From Amoebophrya sp. A120 (Eukaryota > Protista > Dinoflagellata), in contig CAJINV010000017.1 in assembly GCA_905178155.1 (NCBI GenBank), positions 124,001-188,000 on the forward strand: 64,000 nt of DNA. Reading direction: 5' to 3'. Below, in pieces: positions 1-11,998 of this stretch (the first letter of the stretch is position 1; each line of letters begins with the position of its first letter). The position numbers and the translations under genes were made by a program. The notes beneath the pieces were generated by a model. The model did not search any database and had not been told where the DNA came from. It saw only the letters and a program-made list of their open reading frames with translations.

Positions 1-3000
1 ATGATGCAAAACGAACGCAGCACCGACGCCGACCGCTCTACCAACAGAAGCGAGTCCGCCGCGAGTAAGAAAAACACTGGGACAATCTGGGATGACGAAG
101 AAGACGAACACTCTGCTTCCTTGTCTTGCAGTAACGACCAAAGTAGTAGTAGCCACGAAGTTGACCAAGGACTGCATCAAGCTGCGGAAAACTACTCAAG
201 TCTGGGCTTTCGACCTGAAAATAATCGACAAGGAAGCGTTGTTTCGCTGGAAACACATCTGGCGCTATTCGTTGAGGCGTTCTGGGAAAGTTTGATGACA
301 TTCGCCTGTTCTAGTACTAGCAGTGGAGATGAAAATGCAGAAGTAGATCAGGCTACCGCGTTCGCCCGTTGCATGGAAGCTTGCGAGCTTTATTTCCAGC
401 ACATTCTAGAGCGAGAAGTGCTCGTGGTCCAGAAGGTGACTGGAAGTGGAACCGACAACATCAAGGACGGTGCATCCGCTGCTGACGCATGGACGGGTTT
501 TGTGAGTATAGTGATCATGACTTCGAGAGTTTTGGTAGGAAAGTTGCAACCTTTCGGAGCTGCAGTACCTGGCGAAACGGCAGGAGCTCCTTCATCCGGG
601 GCCGCTCAATTCCCAGCTGCAAAATCGAAGACGGTGAACTCTTCCTTCGCAAACATGGTAGCGAGTATACAATCGCAACTCTTTACCCGCACTCTAGTGG
701 TGCTGTCTCGCGTCGTGGATGCGAACCAAAGCGAAATATCCCAGGAGGGGAAGATGAAAGGCGGCACCAAAAGAACCGTAATTGGCCGGGCGGAGAAATG
801 TCTAGTTGTACCGACAGCAGTTGTATTATCCGCCCGTATAGCAGCAGGCCTGATGCGGTTCATGAGCGGCATCCTGCGGACCGGCGGCGCTTTCTCAACA
901 GGTGGAAGTTCGTCCTCTCCACAGCAGCCAGCTTTGCCCCTGACGGCGGTTTTGCGCGCCATTCACATCGAACAAACGGGAACAACAACTGGAGGCAACA
1001 CGTCCCTTCAGCCAGTGCGACCAGCTGTGACATCAGAGAGTGCACAGGAGCAAGCGCTGCCGGGGGTTGTGGCCGCCGAGGAGCAAGCGTCCACCTGCAC
1101 AAGAAGCATTTTCGCCGCCCCACCAGCGGTTATTTTCAGAAGCGGTCACATGATTTGTCTCCCCGCCTCTGCTGCCTCGCCAGCAGCATCAAGTGCAAGA
1201 CCATGCACGGCGCCAGCGCCAAATGGCATTTTGCTGAAGCAACAGTGGCAACTTTTATCCGCCATTGTCAGCTTCCTGTGGCACAGTAGCTCTTTTTTTT
1301 CCGAAGATCTTTCACGCGCAAAGGAGAGCGTCGCTCAGCATCGATCAGGAAGCAAGCAAAAGAACAATCGAGATGGACCAGTCCCCACTACAACCTTCCT
1401 GCACAGTCTTCTCAGCAGAGGGTTGCTTTGGGTGGAGCTGCTGCAAAGCCACAACTTTCTTCCCTTCTTGCTCAACTACAAGGACAGGAAAGGCTGGCTG
1501 CCGTTTTGCCGGCTGCTGGTGAAGTGGCTGCGGTTTCTGCACGCAGTTTCTGTTCAGTTGGAGAACTACGTGCACAATTCGAACAAGGGCAGCGGAAAGC
1601 GATTGAACCAAGCAGAAGTTCACACTAAGAGAAACGAAAAAGCCTCGAACTGTACGACCAAAACCGCCGAAGCTGCTGCTCTGGAGCCCAGCTTGAGGAA
1701 AACCACCGAGTTGCTTTTGCTCCTACTTCACGACTACCCGGACTTCCTGTCTGAGTACTACCAGCTGCTACTGAACGCCCTGCCATATGAAATCGACAAG
1801 CCGAAAAACTCCAGTACCCGTACCGCACAGGCACTGCAGCTAATGGTGCGTGGCGAGCAAAACCAAAACCTTCAACGTAGCACATACCGTCACGACTGTA
1901 CCACGAAAGGCCCTGCTACAGGCGATTGCTTCACGCAGATCAGAAACATCATCAGCTTTGCGCATCCAGCGAAGTTTTTCACAGAGCCGCCGAGTATCTG
2001 TTCTAGTCCCGGTCGCGCCAACACAACTTCTTTCCCCGATCCTAGTACGTCTAGTGCGGCTGAGATCGATCGCTTTCTGGGTGCCTGCATTAACTTGAAC
2101 ACGAACCGGGAGGACTGCAACAACGGTGGAAAAAGACCGCAGCAAGGATCTTCACCACTGCCAACTATTCGCGGACCCGCCGCGGTGGAGCAAGCTGTGC
2201 TTGCTAGCGAAGAGTTCGAGAAGTCTTTCATGTTTATCCAGGAAAAAACACCCATCCCCATCCATTTTGTGCATGGCAAATTGGATGGGGATGGGTGTTT
2301 TGTTCTCGATAATGTTGCTCAAGTCCACACAGAGTTTGAAGGGACAAAACCCATCTTCAAAGTCGTGCTCGTCCTATGTAGAGGCCTACGTCACCTGCGT
2401 AGATTGTCTGCAGCAGCGCGGCGGTGACAAATGGGATCTTGTGCTGCAACAGGAGGACTTAGAGGAGGGAGATGACAAGGATGATCTACAGAAACTTCCA
2501 GGTACCATTTCAGCTCCAGCATACTTGATTCGAATTCCTGTTCATCCTGGCATTTCAGAATTAGAAGGTCAAAGTAGTGCTATCGGGTGACATGAGGTAA
2601 CAGTATCTAGGAGCATTCTTCAGAAGCGTCGTGGTTGTTTTGCGAGCAGCAGGAGAAAGTCTCACTACATGTTCTTGGATGCAGTTGGTTTGCAATATCA
2701 TTTCCTACATCCATTTTCATCCGCTCGATAAGGTTCTAACTCAGGTATCCGCGTCCGGGCCGGCCCTTCTCTGAAAAGGGGATTTAAGCTCTCCGTATTT
2801 CGCGGATTAGATGAAGTTCCGACCGAGTTGCAAACCGCTGCGCGGGCGGAAATTAAGGCGAAAATCGGGAAAGACGCCAATCTTGGAAACGTGCACTCGT
2901 ATCTGTCAACCTTGGTTTTCTATTTGGGAAAAAACTTCGAGATGAGCCACAGCCATGTCACTGGAGGGCGAGCTGCTTCTCCTGATCTTGTCGAAACGGA

Positions 3001-3736
3001 TCTACAAAGTGGCACAGCAGCTCTATCTTCTTTTAAGTCGGACACGACAGTGGCGAGGATCTACCAGCGGACAAGGTCGCGCCGCGCGTTTTCTCTGTTC
3101 CTGTTTCTGCTTTTCGGAGAGCATGACCCCCGGTTTAGCAGCTCCATGACTTCTGCTCGGATGAGTCTCGAAGACAAGGAAGCAGTTTCGCCGTCCTCTG
3201 CTAGACACGACATGAAGATGCTTCACCCGGACCCAGCGGTCGTGCTGAACCTCGCTGTGACCCATCTCCGATATCCCAATGCCCACACAAAAAGCTTTCT
3301 CAATTTGTTTTTCAAGCTCTTTGAGTGGTGCGAGGATATATCTTCGTCTGTTCCGGTCAAAGGAGTGGAGGCGGGCGATGAAGCACAAATGGTTGACAAT
3401 GATGCCTGGAGGGCTGATGCCGAAGGTCCAGATCTACGTCGCCACGCAGGAGGTTCAGCTGCGGAATTAGTGCACCAGCCAAGTACTACAACTAGAAGCA
3501 CAGGTGCAAGAACCAGTGCGGCGCCGGCGGCGGAAAAGGTTCAGGCGGTGCTTATCGAGATTTTTCTGCAAAGGCTCCTCGCACACCGGCCGCATCCCTG
3601 GGGCCTTTTGGTCTGCTTTGTGAGACTGGTCCGGGAAACGAAAAAATACCGCTTTTGGAAAAATTGGAAATTTCTGGCCGAGAATAAAGACTACACGGAG
3701 CTGGAGCAGTTGTTTAAGATGCTGGCGGCTGAATGA
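1..3736 (+). CDS. CNOT1: CNOT1/Not1 C-terminal-domain protein (CCR4-NOT scaffold-like), possibly 5'-partial; exons about 1-2234, 2317-2501, 2745-3736
   Basis: Not1 C-terminal motifs LLLLHDYPDFL, QIRNII, LRYPNAHT and QRLLAHRPHPWGLLVCF. The frames join after removing the 2235 element plus TSD and a GT-AG intron at 2502-2744 (alternative in-frame acceptor at 2732). Confidence 0.8.
2235..2311. mobile_element. 77-nt TIR introner, family E (almost entirely a hairpin), TSD ATGTT
   Basis: TATCCAGGAAAAAACACCCATCCCCATCCA...TGGATGGGGATGGGTGTTTTGTTCTCGATA, with ATGTT at 2230-2234 and 2312-2316. Removal gives FM|LLKSTQS. Confidence 0.9.
2502..2744 (+). other. Canonical GT-AG intron
   Basis: CCAG|GTACC...CTAACTCAG|GT; joins into the frame of ORF 2828-3736. 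Confidence 0.6.
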
Positions 3737-4798
3737 TATTGATTCTGGCAGCATGGTTTGGCTTTCGTATTCTTTCCGCAAAAATCGCACTATTCGTATT
3801 CGACGACCAGCACTTCTTCTTCTTCATAACGGCCGCCTGCGATTGATGTCGTGTGCCTCTTGAAACGCGACGGTGATCGCTCCGCTTTTTTCCGGATGCG
3901 CAAATTTTATTTTGATAAAAAAGAAGTGAAGTATCTTACTTAGCACTCGAGTTGTAACAGGCTAACGGCGTAACGCAGTCGTATCGCCGTCGTTTATTTG
4001 GTTTTCCTTTTCGCTTTAGAGAAGTAAGTTTGTTTCCCTAGGTATTGGTAGTAGCTGGTGCTCTCAAACGCATTTCAAGACAGGATCTACTCCCGTTGCC
4101 GTTCTCCTGCTTCTTCGCTTTTGTTCTGACTTGAAGAAAAACAAAATTTAGAATAAAGCATTGATACAAAGGTGATGGCTGCTGGACAATATACAGAACC
4201 AAAGAGGCACAAGAAGAAAATACTCACTGCCCCCGCTCCGTTTCGTTATATTCGCAAAAAATCTGGTGCTATATCATTCAGATTTTTCCCAAATTTGGGG
4301 ACTTGTGTTCTCTCCGGCGCCTTTTTTTTTGGAAAAAAGAAGTTGTTCTGAACTGGAAAGTCTGAAAAAAGGAGATGCGATGTCACAGAAGTTGTGTAGC
4401 TGTTGCGCATAAGTTTAAGTTCCAGTCAGTTTCCGTCCATGTGTTGTCCGTCCGGATAGGCAGATGCCTCTCAAGATCTAACCAGTGGAGACCGCCTGTG
4501 TCCGTTTTTTTTTTTGCTGCAGCGCAGGAACCAGCACACCACGGGCGGACACGTGCTTCCAAAAGCGAGGTCGTCATGGCGGTATTCCATGTCAAGTGCA
4601 ATAATTATGCGAAAGACAACAAAATACAAAAGTTAATAAGAGATCATAGACAAAGAACTCAAACTCTAGTAGCGCCGCGTGCTGAGGCGAGGCAATTTGG
4701 CCAGAAACAAACAAAAACATCAGCAAGAAGATCCTGTTTGTGTAAAAATCAAATCAAGATCCCCCAGCCAGGCCTACCACTGCCAGCACTACAACAAG

Positions 4799-7635
4799 AT
4801 GTCCGAAGGAGCAGAACAAGAACCTCCCCCGAGTTGCTCTCCTGCTCCGTTCGATGAGCAACCAAGAGATGCACCAGTTCTTCCGGCTCATATCGACGAC
4901 TCCCCCGCGTTGCTCTCTTCTTCCCGGTCCTCGCTCGAACTCGACGCCGACCAGGAATCGTCTCCGGAAAATATAGGTGCAGCTGCAGAGCCAAGCAGAA
5001 CGAACACCACCACCAACGCCGGCAATCCTTTTCTAAATCCGGACCTCTCTCCAGAGGAACTGAACAAATACGATGGGGAGCCAGCGGCGGAACAAATAAT
5101 TGGTGGGCAGAGGAAGACATCTTCTTCAGCTGGCTGCCCTCGCCCTGCTGGATCGTTGAGCTTGGCCGCGGGCAAGGAGCAGGAGCTATCTTCTAGGTCG
5201 CATCAAACTTCTGATCGCATGTTCACAAAGCCGCCAAGCGTGCACAGCACGGACCACGGCAACGACGGCGAACAGCTGAGCAAGAGTCTCCTGAGCAGCA
5301 ACAGCAGTCCTGCGTGCTCCGTCGAGCTGACGCCAGCAGCTGCCGCAGGAATTATCGGGCCTTTACCTTATTGTAATCCGCCTGGTGCCGGCACGAAGAC
5401 CACTTTGCAAGAATCAGCAAAGTTGCGTCCTCCTCTTCCGAAGTCCGGTACTATCAAAACCAAAAGTGAGCTGATTCTGGAGAAGCAGTTGTTGCAAGAG
5501 CAGAAGGAAAAGGCTGCAGAGGAGGAACTGAAGCTACAAACTCTTCAAAAAATACGACTACCTGGGCCGGAGAATAAACCAGCGGATTTTGTTGTTGTCC
5601 CGAAAGCTGCAGCTGGGTCTGCTGCCGACAACATTCTTGTTCCTCCCATTGCCCCTCCAGCTGTGTCCAAAGCCTCGGCGCTCTCGTCGACTACGAGCTC
5701 GCGGCCCCGCATCATGCGAGAGGCACCGCCCCCGATTATGGCGGCACCAGCACCGCCTCGGGATAGTTCGGAAGAGGACCCGATTTTCGAGTCGCCCGAA
5801 CCCTGTTCTACTTATTCCGGGCAAATTGTGATTGAGCAGAATGAGCACGCTCCAGAACTACAAGTACAGAAAAAAGCGCAAAAGAAGAACGGCGGCGGAA
5901 ACAACCCCTTCAACAATTCGATAGTTCCGAACTTTGGAAAGATAAAAAGCTGCAATAAACTGAAGCCAGTCAACAACAGCGCGTTGCTTCTCATGGCCCA
6001 GCAGACGAATAACTTGTTGGTCCTCCCAAATAACGCGACGAATCAAGTTGTAAAGGACAAGAATCGACCTCGACCCGGATCTGAAGAAGAGGTGTTGACG
6101 GAGAAGGAGCGTAAGTACTTCAGAGCGAGATACGAACACGCCCTCCCGACCGCGTATCCAGAAATGCCGAAGAAGGAGCGACGCGTGCTGTTCTACTTCC
6201 ACAGCACTACGCGGATGCAGCTCCACCCGAGCTGTGACGATCCCGAAAAGAAGATTCCGATGGCCAATATGCCGGACATGACGCAGATGATTGAGTTGAT
6301 GGGCCACTTCTACGGACCCTGCCGCATGTATCCGAGCGAAATCCTGGGTCAAGTCAAATTTCTTGATTTTGTTCATCACTATAACTTTTTGCAGCAGTAC
6401 AACCATTACCGTACGAACCCGTGCGTCGCAAGAAACAAAGTTGCGGCTGCGAAGTGTTTGTAGCAGCTTCGGCTGCTGCAGTAGGTGGCGTTCCAAATGA
6501 TCCAAGCTGCACTCGTCATACGAGGATGGGCATCAGATGCATCACCCTGTGACGCCAACAAGACTTGCCTGACTGGATTCAAAAAGAGTTGGAACTTGAC
6601 TCAAAATTTGCACTGCAGACTGTGACTACTGAAGAAGAACTTGATGACTCTGACTCAAAATTTGGCCATGATAGGTTCTCAGACCGCAAGCCGTGGCACC
6701 GCACACTCGTCGTGACCTTCGCCAAGTACGAATCGGTCCTGAAGCTGAAGCAGGACTTTTCTAGTCGGAAGATGAAGAAGCAGTTCTTGAAACTACACCA
6801 GAAGTCTCTCGCCGGAACGACCGGCAAAAAATTCACAACCAAGAAGGCCTCCACCGACGAGAGCGCAGATAAAGATAAGTTCAAGATGAAGTGCCCACTG
6901 CAGCCCCTGCCGCAGAACTGGCAGAAAGTAGACAGCAGCAAGGACAGCGGGAAGAAGATGAAGAATGGCGGAGGCTGCCGTACTGTCGCGACGACTTCCG
7001 CCACCAAATCGAAATCAACATCCTGCACCGACTTACTGCCTCCCCTTTTGTGCAAGCTCCTCGACGCGGGCTACAAGAAGTTTGAAGTTGAGGTTCCCGT
7101 TGGCAACCTGATTTTCACGACGCACGACGAGGCGCGGGAAGAGAGTAGTGCGGACGAGCGCTTCCTGGAAGACGAGGTGGATGAAGCGGCGTCAGAAGAA
7201 GTGAAGCTGCGAGAAGGCTGCAAAAAATCTACTACGAGGACCTCCACTGCGGTTATACCTGCCTCTTTCGACGCAGGGCGAGGAACAATCAGTGGAGGTA
7301 GTACCAAAGCACCTCTAGTGGCAGGGAAGATAAACACCAAAAGCGGTATATCGGTACAGGCGTCCATCGCCCTCGAAGCAGCCGCATCGAAGGACAAAGC
7401 CGCTAATACTGCTGCTTCTTCGCTCGCTCCCCCTTGCCCCCCTGCGGTCCCGAAGGCGAAGGGAAAGTGGACCAGTTTCAAAAGTACGGGAATAAACACA
7501 GGCGATATTGGGCGAATTGACAACGGGTCGGATTCCAGCGAAGTCGATCTGAACGCGTTCTATAATCCGAAATTCAGTGCCACGCTTCCGTACTCGAGAA
7601 TCAAGAAAAAGTCGCCATTCGGTATGGGTTCATAA
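4799..7635 (+). CDS. Hypothetical low-complexity protein; two exons, with a putative GT-AG intron at 6411-6562
   Basis: Long ORFs 4679-6463 and 6565-7635. GTACG...CAAG joins them in frame (NHY|HLPDW). First ATG at 4799. Confidence 0.6.
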
Positions 7636-8166
7636 CAAGTGGTGCGATAGTTTTTGAGGCCATAAAGTTGCATGTGTACTACGGATCATTTATTGTGCAG
7701 CACGAGCTGCAAGAGCAAGCCACGAGAAGGCCAGAAAGAGTTGTGCGTACTACTTGGCATTGGTACTACTTGCTATCGGGATTATTTTCATTCCACCGAC
7801 CGCCTACACGTTAGTGATTCAGCAAAAGGAAACAAGGAATTTCCATTCTATTGATGCATTGCAAGCATGGCCTGAAAAAATACGGTATCTCCCCATCTCC
7901 ATAGCCCGCCACAAGAAGAAAGAGGAGCAAGAAGCGCTGACAGCGACGAAAAACACAGGAAAGGCTCCGGACACGTACTTCCAATCTGCTGATAAATTGT
8001 CATTTGATCCGCATGCTTCTACATAACATCTACAGCTTGCTACGGCTGTGCCCATGAACATGATTAATTTTTGTGACGAGGTGTCGTGTGAAGTACTGTC
8101 GTACTCATGTCCCATGATGACAAAAAATAGACATGCGAGCGAGAGAATAAATTAACACCTGTTCAG

Positions 8167-11100
8167 GTTTGTGCGGCGGTCCGTGTCGAAGCGGAGGAAA
8201 AAGAAGAAAAAAGCCGCGCGACGGCACAACAAATCTAACTCCCGCGACCGCTCGGGTGCACGATCTTCCCGATCGCCTTCGCGCCGGCGCCGCCGCAGCC
8301 GCGACGACAGCCGCAGTCGCGGGCGCAAGCGAGATCGCCGCAGCTTATCCGGCAGTCGCCGCGACAGGAACAACGGTCGCAGTATGTCGGGGCCTTTCGC
8401 TTCGAAATCGCGACGAAGGTCCTCCGCTCGCGGAACTACACCGCGGAGCGCTGGCGGTAAGAAGGACCGCAGGAGCCGCAGTCGTAGCCGTCGTGGGCGT
8501 GGTCGCGGCAGCAGACGCGATTCGAGTGCTCGCAGTGCGGGGCGCCGCGGCAACAGGAGTGGCGGATCAAGAAAGAGCCGCAGCCGGCGGCGCGCCTCAC
8601 GGTCCAGGAGCGGCAGCGGCCGACGGGGGAGGAAAACAAGTCGAGGCAGGGCACGAAGTAACTACCGCAAAAGGTCTACTTCTCGGTCCAGATCGCAGGA
8701 GGGTGGGTATTTTTCAACATCCCGTGGGAGGAAACGGAGTTGCGGGAGCGCAAGTCGCAGTCGCAATCGCAGCGCAGGCTCGAGGAATGGCGGATCTCGT
8801 CCGCGGCGCAACAAGAATCGCGACAGGTCCGCTTCATCCCGCTCCGGAGGAGGCTCTCGTCGTCGCCGTCGATCGTCTGTCCGGATCATATCCTCTGCAA
8901 AAGTACTGGTCGTACTCCTCGTAATTAAAAATTGCAATTATACGTACAAATACTACAAGGACTTCTAAAGTTGTACTAGACTGTGACTAGTACTAGACCA
9001 CAGCAATTACAACTTGCTAAGTGTAAGTTCAAAAAAATTCATCCCACTAGTGCGATCATGCTTTTGCAATCCATACCGAAGTCTTCGAAAGAACCAATCC
9101 CGGTCGGTCTCTCGCGGCGGCAGTCGGCGGAGCAGGTCGCCGCGAGACCGCGGTGTCAAGCGGGACCGGTCTTCTGGGACGACCCCCGGTGGTCAGGTGA
9201 AAATAAACAAGACGCAAGCTACCAAAACTACCACGAACGAAAACGAGGACAAGAACGATCTGAACTCTCCTGCTCCTCCTGCCGAGGACGGTGCAGAAGA
9301 GAATGCGGACGACCGACGCAACGACAACCGGTCCCGCTCTCGGTCCACCGCTCGGCGAAAGCGATCGCGACGCCGAAGGCGCAGAAACGAAGATAGAAAG
9401 GATAGCCCCACAGATGAAGTAGAGCAGGAGGACAATAGTCGGAGTCCGCAAGAGCCGCGGCGTCGGGCGCGGGACCGTCGCAAACGCCGGCGGCGGAACC
9501 GCCGCGAATCAGGGGTCGACGAGGGCGACGGAGTAGAGGGTGGTTCTGGTTCCAACAAGGACTCGCAATCCAGACACAAGTCCTTGAAAAGCTGCAAAAA
9601 TGAAAAGCCTCCTGGCGCTGATGATACCAATCAAGTACTAGATCCAGCACTACACGGTAAAGTAGAGCAGGAGTCTGCTGCAGTAGATCACGCCGAAATA
9701 GACAAAAATCAACTGCGGAATGAACAACATCCTGAGATGCGAAGCGACGACGTCGGCTCATGTCTCCGTGGTCTTCTCGCTCCGACTTTGCTAGCCGATG
9801 CGGCAGGTCATGTTGGACGAGGTCAAGAAGACATCAAGCGGGAAGGCGGTACAGAAGAAAAGACGCTCAGCCTCAGTCGAAAAAGCGAAAAGGCGAATAA
9901 ACAGGCTGCAAAAACATCCACGCCCGAGTCCGTCGGGGCGTTCGGGGAAGAAAGCCCGCCGGTGAGCGACGAGGCTGGTGCACCAGAATCCTTGCGTAGT
10001 TCGGAGCGCATACTGAGCCGTGGAGTCGGGACTACGGCGTCAAGCCCATCTGGTAAGCTGCCCGTGTCCGTGATTATTGTTTTAATTATTTCTGGCTATC
10101 TTGCTTTCTCATTCTCTGCCTGATGGCATCGAGTAGGGCGGCAACGAGCGCTAAAATTCTTCAATTGCGGTTGCTGATGCGATCAGTTCGTCCTAAACGG
10201 ATGGTCATGTCAAAAAACACAAACAACTCACCAGATTCGCACATTCATGGCACCGCGACGTGTCACTCTCGTCAAGGCATCGCGCACCACCAGCAAGAAC
10301 AGCATCAGGAACTGCATCAGTTCCAGCACCAGCCACAGCCAGCAACGCCAAGGGGCGAATTTCTCGAGCAGCAGAGTCACGTGCAGCAGCAATTTTTTTT
10401 CCAGCAGCCGCCCGTCGACCCGCAGTTGTCTGTGGAAGAGCAAGAGGAGCAGATACGGGCCCAAGCTATGCACCTGTTCCAGCAAGAGCCAAAAACGCTG
10501 GAGGAGCAGCAACAGATTACGGCCTACGTGGACAGGCTTTATCTTGCGGCCCAGCAAGTGCGAGAACGAAACCCGTTTTCAACGTCTTCTGCTACCCAGC
10601 CGCATGAAGTTTTAGAGCATGTTGCTGTTGATCCGCACAGCACTCCTGCAGCTGCGCAGCACGTAGTCGCGCAACACCAGCAGCACAATCCATACGCGGC
10701 TACTCCTGTCGGAGGCGCTGGTCGGGTGGCTCTGCAAGCGGGGAGCCACCAGCACATGCAGCAGGCCGTCCTCTCCCAGCAGCAACACAGCCAACAGCAA
10801 CAGATGCTCTACTCGTCTGAAAGACAGCTGCACACGACGCAGCAAGCCCAGCAGGATCAACAGGCTTTGCGGGTGCAGCAACATCAGCAAGAGCGACAGT
10901 ATTCTGATTGCGGTCAGACCGTTGTGTTGACGAGCGGTACAATGACCCCTGGTGCAGCCAAGAGCAGTGTACTGCACACTCCGATGAATGCTGCGGGGCA
11001 TAATTTTCAAGTTGCAGAAGCTCGCCCCACGACCGCGGCCCACCAGGAACTGCAAGCGTCGACTTCTACTACATTGTCGTCTTCATCATCATCTGCCGCC

Positions 11101-11171
11101 GCTGTGGGACACGCAAACGGTGGCGCTCCTCCTGGGGTGGCCACGCCAGCTCCCGGAGGCGCCGTTACGAC

Positions 11172-11203
<32 letters not shown>

Positions 11204-11998
11204 CCCAGCAGCAAGCCACGAGTAATAAAGTACAGCCTCCGATCCCGGCCGATGTGCCGAGTATCACGGCGCAGGGCTTGATTCACTTACACCTCATCAA
11301 ACTTGGAAAAAAACGGTCCGTCACCTTTTCGCTCGCGCACAAGGTGTCTGATCTGTGCCAGCGGTACCTGCCCGCGCAGGACTACCACACCTGCTTCGAG
11401 ATCGACCACAACCACCCGGACAATAAGGTTTCCCTGATGCACTACGGGATTCGGGTGCTGCAACTCACGAGGAAGGACACGCGGACGCTGGCACAGCTGC
11501 TGCTAATCGGGATGAACTTGAGTGGCGCGAACCCGAATCAGGTTGCGTTTCCGACGCAGCTGACCTTGGAAGTGCGGGAACTGGGAATCCCCGTGTGCTT
11601 GCACCACGCGGACGGCAGGGTGTCGAATACCATGTACTCCGCCTCCACCACGATAAAAGCCATTTTAGCCGGGTTGGCCGGAAAGTGCATCGCGAAAAAC
11701 CCGTCGACAGGTAGAGAACAGCTGTTTACATAGTTTTTCATGTTGAGGAAGATAGAAGTACCCTTCTGAACAAAATTCATCGCACTTATCTTTTCCTCTG
11801 GTACAACGTCAACATGGTCGTCCAAGTTTGGATTTAGAAAATCGGAGTTTTTGTACAAAATAAATACAAGAATGCGACTTGTTACAAACGGAAAAAACAG
11901 GCTTTGAATTCAGCGACACACTGACGGTGGGCGAGGCGGTTCGGGAACAGAAGTTGGATAAAGTATACATGAACATAGAGCAGGACGCGTGGGCTTGA
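8167..11998 (+). CDS. Arg/Ser-rich and polyQ-rich protein, start uncertain; exons about 8167-8888, 9081-10052, 10235-11710, 11871-11998
   Basis: ORFs 8171, 9014 and 10123 join in frame via the 8889 element and GT-AG introns at 10053-10234 and 11711-11870 (or 11900). An upstream exon is possible via GT-AG 7975-8166, but I found no in-frame ATG. Confidence 0.65.
8889..9075. mobile_element. Degenerate TIR introner, family B-like, TSD eroded
   Basis: TATCCTCTGCAAAAGTA...TGCTTTTGCAATCCATA. The flanks GATCA and CCGAA no longer match, but element plus 5 nt = 192 nt keeps the SR-rich frame. Confidence 0.7.
11173..11202 (+). repeat. CAA(CAG)9 microsatellite encoding polyQ
   Basis: Directly visible trinucleotide repeat inside the ORF. 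Confidence 0.9.
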
